A stretch of 64,000 nucleotides of DNA. Origin: Macrostomum lignano (Eukaryota). Within the stretch, counting starts at the first letter, position 1, and every line of letters starts with the position of its first letter. Where the stretch lies: the NCBI GenBank assembly GCA_002269645.1, contig NIVC01003408.1, forward strand, positions 35,345-99,344. Reading direction: 5' to 3'. Shown piece after piece: positions 1-11,764 of this stretch. The notes below the pieces were generated by a model. The model ran no database searches. It was not told the DNA's origin and saw only the letters and a list, made by a program, of their open reading frames with translations. The position numbers and the translations under genes were made by a program.

Positions 1-2148
<2,148 letters not shown>

Positions 2149-2849
2149 CTTGCCTGCCTTCCTTCATCCACCCTGTTTCTCCTACTTCCCAAAAAGTAAA
2201 CAGCCCGTCAGTTTCAGATCCCTTTCACTGAAACTGACTTAGTAATTCCCTCAGCTTGCGAAAATTCGGTCAGAAGGCATGCTGAAGTTCTCGGAAGGTA
2301 AGACATTCTGAATTTATATTGTAGAAAAATACTGAAAAATCTCTTTGGCAAACACTGAACACATGCGAATTCGCGCGATCTTCAAGTGGACAGGAAATAT
2401 TGGTATTTCTTCAATGGCTACAGCTCAAGACCAGCTCATTCTCGCAGTCAAGTTTCAGCGGCCCCATCAAAGCAAAAAGTTATTCTAAGGCGCTCGTCAA
2501 TGAAGCAAATTGAAAACTTGAGCAAAAAACATGACAACGCTTTATTCATGCACCCCCGAGATTTGCTCAATATTCTCACCTGAATTCAATTTAGCTAATT
2601 AACTGCAATAATACTGCAAATTAAGTTTTTCAATTTTGAGAATCATTAAATTTTTAGTAGGCTGCGACTTCAGCGGCACGGATTAATGGTCATACTCTGG
2701 GATGGCTGCTCAGTCACGCGACCTCTGCAAATTTCGGCTGAGTTTTAGTATGATTGTTAGAAAATTAACCTTAGATAATAAAAGGCTGGATAAGGTTCGA
2801 GTTCAATGAGAAAGGGAACTGTTCCAGTATATGTGATTAGTTCACGGGT

Positions 2850-3000
2850 CGGCCCGCGAAGCCTCTCTATCCGGCCCTCGGTCCTTTGAAACTTCACAAC
2901 GGCAATGCGGCCCGCTCATGTTTGTGTCTTCTCAGCTCTACCCTCTCCTCTCTCCTCTCATCTTTGATCTCATCTCATCTTTTCTCTTCTGTCTACTCTC
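2850..3000 (-). mobile_element. Degenerate fragment of the hAT-like MITE family seen at 33395-34968
   Basis: cccgcgaagcctctctatccggccctcggtcctttgaaa matches the reverse complement of about 34890-34940, and is followed by a short TCTCC-like tract. Confidence 0.55.
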
Positions 3001-3942
3001 TCCAGCCATGATGTAGATAAGCTGATAACCCCTGTATTAGGTCAAAAGCTTTTCACTCCCTAGACAGACAAAAGCCAAATAACGCCATGCACCTTAGCTT
3101 TATTAAGCTTTCCACAGCTCTATCGTAAACCCCATTCTTCTGATGAAACAAAGAATTTGTTTTCTTTGCAAAAGAAACTAAGATTGTTGCATGTATGCGA
3201 GTAATAAAAATGAGTTGCTAGGTGACTGCAATGAAAGTCAAAAACCTGGCACACTACTTTTTGCATAGGTTCTGCCCTTCTCGCCATGTCTTATGGAGTT
3301 CTCATAGTAAAACTGTAGCAACCCGCGTGACCGTTAATTACTTCGACTGAGCTCATGCAAAACTAATGAATCAATATCTCTCCCTGTAACCATGCGGGCA
3401 CGCAGGCCAGGTGCACTGATATTAAAATTCGAAACAGAGCGGGATTCCCATTCGTTCTGATTGGCGTGACTGCAATAAAGGCGACAAGAAAGTGAAACTG
3501 ATGACAAATGTAACCGTCATCTCAATAAAGTAACCGTTTTAACCCCCTGTTAGGCACTGCCGGCTGATCTCTGCATGGCTGCGCTGCATACTGAAAAGAA
3601 AATTCTGTAAATTTTATCTACCGAAAACCGCATAGACCTGGTAAAGGAGATTTAGCCTCTAGGCAGAAGTTGCTTTTAATCCGTGCAATCGGGTCCGGAA
3701 GATGTTGCCTTCATCTGTCTGCGTGCTCTGCTCATTTCTGCTAGAGACCAATGAATAGGAACCAATGAAATTTTGCTTATTAGGACACCCGTTATGTCAA
3801 ATTCAAGCATTAATTTGCATAGCCGTCTACTTTAGTAGTACCAGTAGTTTCGGCGCATAAAATTTGGAGTGAAACTTTGCTACCCCAGTGATCTTATTGC
3901 ACAAAGCTTCGCATACAACAGCTCTGTGAAGACATGTTTTAC

Positions 3943-4352
3943 CTAGTGTTGTAGCTTAGTTGAGGGTTGTAGCCTAGTGAGGGTTGTCGCCTAGGAAGGG
4001 GGGGTTGTAGACTAGTGAGGGTTGTAGCCTAGTGGGGTTGTAGCCTAGTGGGGTTGTAGCCTAGTGGGAGTTGTAGCCTAGTGGGAGTTGTAGCCTTAGT
4101 GGGAGTTTTAGCCTAGTGGGGTTGTAGCCTAGTGACGGTTGTAGCCTAGTGAGGGTTGTAGCCTAGTGGGAGTTGTAGACTAGTGGGGGGTTGTAGCCTA
4201 GTGGGGTTGTAGCCTAGTGAGGGTTGTAGCCTAGTGGGAGTTGTAGCCTAGTGGGGGTTGTAGCCTAGTGGGAGTTGTAGCCTAGTGGGGTTGTAGCCTA
4301 GTGAGAGTTGTAGCCTAGTGGGTGTTGTAGCCTAGTGGGGGCTGTAGTCTAG
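3943..4352 (+). repeat. About 17-bp minisatellite (GGGTTGTAGCCTAGTG(A/G)), more than 20 copies, running into a SINE head
   Basis: Tandem unit directly visible; the last unit is the 5' end of the SINE. Confidence 0.95.
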
Positions 4353-4640
4353 TGGTTCGAGCGCCGGACTCACGACTTAAAGGTTGGGGGTTCGATTCCC
4401 GATCCCACTAGAACTAATTGTGCCCTTGAGCAAGACGCTTAACTCTGCATTGCTTCAGTTCACCCAGCTGTAAAATGGGTGCCAGCATTAGCCGGGGTAA
4501 TTGATCGAGGGTGTGTGACCCCCCCCCAGTCCTTAGGACTGAACAGCAGTACGCAGCCTTCAGATGCGCCGCGCAATAGCTGCGGCTGAGCTGTCGGTTG
4601 CACATCTGCCGATCCAGGCAGGTGTAATCAATTATTAATT
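4338..4640 (+). mobile_element. tRNA-derived SINE with a CORE-like central domain
   Basis: A-box-like TAGTCTAGTGG and B box GGTTCGATTCCC, then gtgcccttgagcaagacgcttaactc...cagctgtaaaatggg, which resembles the MIR/CORE consensus. A second copy lies at 62768. Confidence 0.8.
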
Positions 4641-4886
4641 AATATTATCTGCTTGTCACAACTGTCAAAAGTAATAAATAAGTTGCAAATCGATGGTTTT
4701 GTTTGCACAAAAACCACAAGCAATCGAAAAGTAATTTGCGGCGATGTATATTTTTATTCGAAAGCCATACGGCCCTGTTGACTCATTCAGCAGCCTGGGA
4801 GTCGAGCTTCAACCAGCCATCGTTGAAGCTCATATACTCAGTCGAAGTAATTTGAGCCAGCTACAAACTGTTCGATGCGCCGCTCC

Positions 4887-5312
4887 TCACTTTCTACCGT
4901 AGCGAATCGACGGCCTGTAGAACCCGTCGGACGCGCGCCTGCCGATCCGAATGAGCCGCATGGCCCGCTTGTCGGCCTCCTCGTTCCAGCCGTCCCAGCT
5001 GCGCCTGCCGATCCGCATGAGCCGCATGGCCCGCTTGTTCAGTCCGTAAACGAAATTTTCCCCTTCATGGGTCAGCAAGTCCCGGCGAACTGATCGCCTC
5101 ACTGCAGGCATCATCAGGTTGTAGAGTCCGCGGTTCGATTCTTTATCGTCTGGTTCCCAGCGGACGCCTCTGGAGCAGCCGCCCTCCCCGATTAGACCGA
5201 TGGCTGAGGGGAATTTGTTAGTTTTCTAATTGATATGCGATAGCAGTAGGAATCGAGCCCGGGACTCACCGGCAAATGCCAGCACGCAGAGCGCTAGGTC
5301 GATCCGTTGCAT
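4887..5312 (-). CDS. Neuropeptide precursor A (119 aa): myomodulin-like AMRLMRI-amide and AMRLIRI-amide, plus ASDGFYRPSIRY-amide
   Basis: Exons 5312-5270 and 5203-4887; Kozak GCCACCATG; GTGAGT..CAG intron of 66 nt, phase 1. Signal-like MQRIDLALCVLAFAAIGLIGEGGCS; peptides flanked by KR and G-RR/G-RK cleavage/amidation sites. Confidence 0.9.
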
Positions 5313-6913
5313 GGTGGCTTGAAGTCGCTGCCGATATTGCCGATTGCAGACAGGCCCCCGATCGGTGACTCAGCGCGGCCCTGCCGAGCCGCTTTTGTAG
5401 CCAAGCGGGCAGATCTGCAGACCGCCAATCCGAAGCGGACAGGTGGGCGGTGTGGTGATGGCCGGGACCAGAATGAAGTCTTGAGTAATTGTCAATTACC
5501 ATGTAAAGCCGTTTTCCTGCACCGCGGCGTCCCTTGCCATGATCGAATGCTTCCATTTTACATGGAAACGACTCGTTTGCGTGCCACCGGATGCGAATGC
5601 AACCGGCGCATCTTTCACCTCGGCCGGCAAGCTGCAACCAGCAGACCGTTTGACACTGTTCGGTAATTCGAATTTCGATGATGCATTGATGGCGTCTTGG
5701 TCGAGGAGGCAATGCGACTGGAATTGGCGATCACGATTTGCAAGACATTCAGAAGAGAACCTATTTGCTCCTACTTTAAAAATACGCTCGTAGTAGGGCG
5801 CGTCCTTTTTTAATTTGACTAAGTTTGTGCTTTGTATTGCTTTGAAAGCCATATGAAGTCCGTATTGGAGACTTAGATTTACTGGCGCCCCCGGTGTTAC
5901 GGTTTAGGCCTGTTTTGGGTCGCCGATCCGATCCGGAGACTGCAAATGGGCTGGGATCTCCGACCGGAGACCTTAAAGGGTGTAAGATCTCCTTCGGAGA
6001 CTACAAACGGTTATGGGTCTCCGCAATAGGAGATCCGTAACCGTTGTGCATGGGATCTCCATGGCATGGTCAGGTCTCCCTATCTGGAGATCCTAAACCA
6101 GATTCTGTTGTCCCCTAGGAGATTCTGCACCGTTGGCCGCTCTCCGTCACGAGTGCAAAAACTAAGGTTTGGTTTAGGATCTCCGGTTACCGATCTCCTC
6201 CCATAATTATTGTCGAAAATTCTAATCTTTAGCTTTTTATTGTGTATAGAAACCTGTTCTTAAACACTTAACAACGTCAGTAATTTTTCCGTTTCAAGGC
6301 ATTTTCCAAATGAGAAAGTAGTTTTCTCTGTAGCTCGCAAATTTCGCAGCGGTCATGCAGTCGGGGAAAATAGCAAGCTTTGGTACATCCGCAATACAAT
6401 TGTAACAAAAAACTGGAGAAAGTAAGAAAATCCCAAACTGACAATGGCTCACCATATGCCTTCACTGCTTATACACGAGCTACAGTTTGCAATTCTTTCC
6501 CTTGTCGCGCTCAATGGCTCATTCCTTCCGCCGTCAAATGACGCAATCAAATCATTCGACTTACGAGTACATATGTATGTATAAAAGACGAAAAAATCAT
6601 GCACAAGTCCAACCAAGACTAAATTTAGCCCCACTTGATTGATGGCTGTGTGAACGGGTCTTAAACTAGATAGATGAACTTATCGAAAAAGTTGCGCAAG
6701 CAAGGCTGCTCGTACGCTGGACTTTTTAAAATCAGAGAAATTTAATATAGCTCCTATTTTCTAAGATAAGAACACTCCGGAGAGTCTAGCATGGTGGCGA
6801 TCTCTAACCTTATCGTACATGTATGTCAGGGCTTCTGATATCCGTGCGGGCGATTGTAAAATCGCGTAATTTTTCGGGTTGGATTAACTCCAGAGAACAG
6901 ACACCCTTACACC

Positions 6914-7030
6914 GGTGCTGGCGCCCCTGGTGCTGGCGCCCCTAGTGCTGGCGCCCCTGGTGCTGGCGCCCCTGGTGCTGGCGCCCCTGGTGCTGGCGCC
7001 CCTGGTGCTGGCGCCCCTGGTGCTGGCGCC
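6914..7030. repeat. 15-bp tandem repeat GGTGCTGGCGCCCCT, about 8 copies
   Basis: Directly visible. Confidence 0.97.
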
Positions 7031-8240
7031 CAATGGCAGGCAAGTCAAATGGCAGGCAAGTCAAATGGCAGGCAAGTCAAATGGCAGGCAAGTCAAATGG
7101 CAGGCAAGTCAAATGGCAGGCAAGTCAAATGGCAGGCAAGTCAAATGGCAGGCAAGTCAAATGGCAGGCAAGTCAAATGGCAGGCAAGTCAAATGGCAGG
7201 CAAGTCAAATGGCAGGCAAGTCAAATGGCAGGCAAGTCAAATGGCAGGCAAGTCAAATGGCAGGCAAGTCAAATGGCAGGCAAGTCAAATGGCAGGCAAG
7301 TCAAATGGCAGGCAAGTCAAATGGCAGGCAAGTCAAATGGCAGGCAAGTCAAATGGCAGGCAAGTCAAATGGCAGGCAAGTCAAATGGCAGGCAAGTCAA
7401 ATGGCAGGCAAGTCAAATGGCAGGCAAGTCAAATGGCAGGCAAGTCAAATGGCAGGCAAGTCAAATGGCAGGCAAGTCAAATGGCAGGCAAGTCAAATGG
7501 CAGGCAAGTCAAATGGCAGGCAAGTCAAATGGCAGGCAAGTCAAATGGCAGGCAAGTCAAATGGCAGGCAAGTCAAATGGCAGGCAAGTCAAATGGCAGG
7601 CAAGTCAAATGGCAGGCAAGTCAAATGGCAGGCAAGTCAAATGGCAGGCAAGTCAAATGGCAGGCAAGTCAAATGGCAGGCAAGTCAAATGGCAGGCAAG
7701 TCAAATGGCAGGCAAGTCAAATGGCAGGCAAGTCAAATGGCAGGCAAGTCAAATGGCAGGCAAGTCAAATGGCAGGCAAGTCAAATGGCAGGCAAGTCAA
7801 ATGGCAGGCAAGTCAAATGGCAGGCAAGTCAAATGGCAGGCAAGTCAAATGGCAGGCAAGTCAAATGGCAGGCAAGTCAAATGGCAGGCAAGTCAAATGG
7901 CAGGCAAGTCAAATGGCAGGCAAGTCAAATGGCAGGCAAGTCAAATGGCAGGCAAGTCAAATGGCAGGCAAGTCAAATGGCAGGCAAGTCAAATGGCAGG
8001 CAAGTCAAATGGCAGGCAAGTCAAATGGCAGGCAAGTCAAATGGCAGGCAAGTCAAATGGCAGGCAAGTCAAATGGCAGGCAAGTCAAATGGCAGGCAAG
8101 TCAAATGGCAGGCAAGTCAAATGGCAGGCAAGTCAAATGGCAGGCAAGTCAAATGGCAGGCAAGTCAAATGGCAGGCAAGTCAAATGGCAGGCAAGTCAA
8201 ATGGCAGGCAAGTCAAATGGCAGGCAAGTCAAATGGCAGG
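7031..8240. repeat. Essentially perfect 16-bp minisatellite (CAAATGGCAGGCAAGT), about 75 copies
   Basis: Directly visible; the unit has no stop on + in any frame, which produces the three 400-aa artefact ORFs. Confidence 0.99.
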
Positions 8241-9237
8241 CTCCAGTGACCGAAGTTTTAGAAGTTCCCATATCCCATATTTAAAAGCAGCATTGAAAAG
8301 TCGCCACCCTTTGCGCCAGCAAGGACTACTAGACTGCTCGTAGGAGGACGCAACGAAGAGTTCCTAGTGGTCCTTGTGCGCTAGTAATCAACTTCTCTCC
8401 AACCTTCCTTGCAAGTTGCACAACTCAAACTTACGCATACAACACGCAATCACCACCATCGTAATCAATGTTGCTGACTGCACATACGAGTACACTTAGC
8501 TAGTGACTTTTTACTGTTTTCTCAGATGTTATAAAAATGCATCCCAGCAGCCACTGCTGCAACTAAGGAAAATATTTTCATTTATGCTCAGCAACATTAA
8601 AAGCTACCACCCCAGATCTGGTGCGCCTGAACGAACGAGAGTTTAAAAAATCTTGTGTCATTTGCAGTGCCGTGAGCTGAAGTCAGTCGCTCTATGCCAA
8701 TGCTCTGGGGTGGTAGTTTTCAATGTTGCTGAATATTGATGTCTATATATATACAAATGTACATATTGTATGTATAGAATCTAAGCTCTTTACGAGCACT
8801 TAGCTATGGCAATACACTCATTAGTCATTCCGCGTAATGGCAATCAGAAGTTTGCTTTCTAGGAAACTCTAATGACCTGGAAACTTCTGCCCGAATTCAC
8901 TACGAGCCCGTAGTAAATGTGTAGAAGCGTTGAATTAAATTAACCTGCAACATTTTATTCATTCCTGTCAGCATAGGCAGCTTCCCGAAAAGTACAATTG
9001 ATTTAAACATTGAAACCCAATGAATAAAACTCCGCCTGCTGGTTAAACATTGGGCGATGCGCAGGTCTCAAGCTGTAGAAGAAATCCGTCTGCGCGCCGC
9101 CTGTTTGTGTATTTTTACGGTTTTAGGTAGCTCTTAATCAGCCTGCGGGACAGCGGGATGGGGAGTGACTGCAGCTAGTCATTTAGCCATTCAAGGGTTG
9201 CCCAACTGTGCCGGGAGTTCAAGGAAAAAACGGCCGC

Positions 9238-9686
9238 TTATTTCCCGTAGCGGAAGCTGGGCCGATAGAAGCCGCCGCTGGACTTCTTGCCAAGCCGCAG
9301 GAGCTTCATCGCCCGCTTGTCGGCCTCGCCAGCCCAGGCGTTCCGCTTGCGGCCGAGGCGCATCAGCCGCATCGCCCGCTTGTCCAGCCCGTCCAGCATC
9401 TCCGCTTCATCAGCGGTGAGCGGCTCGCGCCCAATGCGCGGCAGAGTCGTCTGGCGAACTCGTTCAGAGCCGGTCGCCGGATTCTGAGCTCCGTGGTTCG
9501 AGTCCTCGTCGCCCGAATGCCACCTGGAGCAACCGCCGCCGCCGATGAGGCAGATCGCTGATTGAGGCGAAGAATTCAGACTCTGTTTAGTGCGGACACA
9601 AATTCTAGCGGCAAGACTGCATGGATGAAGATGATCAACTTACCGACAACAGTCACAGTGAAGAGCAGTAGATCTGGGCGATGCAT
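9238..9686 (-). CDS. Neuropeptide precursor B (120 aa): AMRLMRL-amide, AMKLLRL-amide, SSGGFYRPSFRY-amide and possible QTTLPRI-amide
   Basis: Exons 9686-9644 and 9557-9238; GTAAGT..CAG intron of 86 nt, phase 1, at the same position as in precursor A. Signal-like MHRPDLLLFTVTVVAICLIGGGGCS; KR..G-RKR, KR..G-KK and G-K-stop sites. Absent from the ORF track. Confidence 0.9.
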
Positions 9687-10612
9687 TGTCCGGAACTAAT
9701 AAATAGACACTTGGAATTCGATTTATGCCTACACGGGTGCTATGATAGCTAAAGTTATGTTGCCACAAAAGCTCCCGATGGGTGGATTGCTCAGCTATTA
9801 TCTGGGATGGGCTGGGAAAGCGATGAACTCAAGTCGGCTGACTCCCATTTTAGTAAGAACGAGTCCGCAGCCCGATCGACCAATGAGGCAGGCCGCAGCC
9901 TCTCGGCTTCTCAATGGTGTCAAATGGCCATTGAATTTTTATTGGAAGCGCCGCTCAGGCCAGCGATGGAGTGGCCATGGATGATTCAGAAGTGCAGACA
10001 TCCACAATTTAAATTAATCCAGCTGATTCGTAAGCATGTATTTATGAATTCTCAAAGTTGAAATTGAGGAATGAAGTTGGGGGAGCGGTGTGCGAGGTTA
10101 GGACGGATTAAAGCTACCCCTCAGTTTTTTCGTATCTTTTATTTTAGAATTGCTCACTGGCGCATAGAGGGGCGAATTTTCGATGTTGCTGAGTGCATGT
10201 GCTCAGCAGGCAGCGGAATGGACAGAATTGCCTCAGCGCTGGTTGTGGCCGAAGGCGTTGCGTCAGGGTAGCCGCAGCCCTCCCGCGATCACCCATTTTT
10301 ACCCGAATTAGCCGTTAAGAATTTTCAAACTAAAAAACGAAAAACTTCCAGAGGTTAGAACTCAAAGTTGATCTCTCCTCTCCGATAAAAAAGACGTCAA
10401 GAAATTGGAGCTGAAAAGCAGAGTAAAGTCGATATCAAGCCTCTCAAACTTCGAAAGAGGACAGAACTAGCCGAAGAGGCGGCAGACGTCAGTCAGATCA
10501 ACAAAGAAGCCGACAGCAGCCGATACTCTCGGGTCGATTGAGCCGCGCCGCCATGACGGGCTCAGACTGACGCCAACGACTGCAAGGCCGAGCCCAAGGA
10601 ATTATAATTGGA

Positions 10613-10626
10613 GTTACTATGGCAAC
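10613..10626. promoter_or_regulatory. RFX X-box-like palindrome GTTACTATGGCAAC
   Basis: Fits GTYNYY-AT-RGNAAC; about 930 bp upstream of the precursor B ATG. Confidence 0.35.
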
Positions 10627-11002
10627 AGCTCAGGTAAACGAAAGGCCTGACAGGGCTATTCAACAATATCTGGCCGATTGAATTGAATAAGCGCGGGCAT
10701 TGATCGCCAGTTCAAGAGGCCTCCAAAGCGGCTTATAAATGAATACTGAATCGCCTGCCGCTGCTCCCCTGGCTCAGGAAATTGAATTTGGGGCCCTCAA
10801 GCGCCCCCCCTCTCCACACTGCCAAAGCCCAGAATACCCAAGCCATTCAACTCCTGGCTGGTGGCAGCTCTCATTATCTTGGCACCATGCAGACCAACAG
10901 GCAGGCCAAGTCTGCAGCCGGATGGAGCCGTGGCGGAAGACAAACGGCCCCCAATATTTATATATAAGAAAAGGCCAATCGAGAGTCTATCTCGGGTGTG
11001 AC

Positions 11003-11040
<38 letters not shown>
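11003..11040. repeat. (GT)n microsatellite
   Basis: Directly visible. Confidence 0.95.
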
Positions 11041-11042
<2 letters not shown>

Positions 11043-11374
11043 CTTTGCTGAGCTAAGCTAAGAGATAATTTCTACATGTCACACGGCTGGCTGAGTCGAG
11101 CTTGAGTCGAGAAGATCTGCAGAACATCCGTATCACATCAGCATAGATCTACAAATACACAAATCCGTGGTCTGACCCTATTTGACCTTATACCGGTTTC
11201 TTAATTAAAAAACTCATAGAAATGAGCTGATTAATAATTTATTAACGCCAGTACCTGATAGGGTTTTGAATAAATTTATAAAAATGTATTTAAAGAATTC
11301 AGTTACAAAAGTTGAGTGATCAAGTATTTCACAGAGAAATTCAAACTGCTACCCAGACAGCAGCGAGTCAAAAC

Positions 11375-11665
11375 TGGGAGAGGGTGGGGAGATGATGGGG
11401 AGACAATGATGAGATGATGGAAGATGATGAGTAGATGATGGGAGAATATGGGAGCTGATAGAGAGAGCGTGGGGAAGTGATGGGGAAGTGATTGGGGAAG
11501 TGATGGGGAGGTGATGAGGAGGTGAAGGGGAGATGATGGGGTGATGGAGAGGTGATGGGGAGATGATGGGGTGATGGGGAGGTGATGGGGAGATGATGGG
11601 GAGGTGATGGAGAGGTGATGGGGAGGTGATGGGGAGATGACGGGGAGATGATAGGGAGAGGATTA
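11375..11665. repeat. Degenerate GATGGGGAG(GT) purine-rich tandem repeat
   Basis: Directly visible. Confidence 0.85.
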
Positions 11666-11764
11666 GAGACGTGAAGTCTGAATGGAGCCTATAAATCAAT
11701 CAATCAGAGAATCAATCAGAAGCAGTCAGTCGAGTTTAGTGTGCTCAGTGGGTGTCCCAGTCCC

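Noticed and set aside
4338-4410. Functional tRNA gene
   Set aside because: A and B boxes are present, but the anticodon and acceptor stems do not pair and the sequence continues into a SINE body with a second copy at 62768.
4875-5093. Plus-strand ORFs at 4875 and 9165-9561
   Set aside because: Antisense shadows of the GC-rich neuropeptide exons.
5266-5852. Several overlapping 80-150-aa ORFs upstream of precursor A
   Set aside because: No recognisable motifs or splice pattern; this is the presumed promoter region of the gene starting at 5312.
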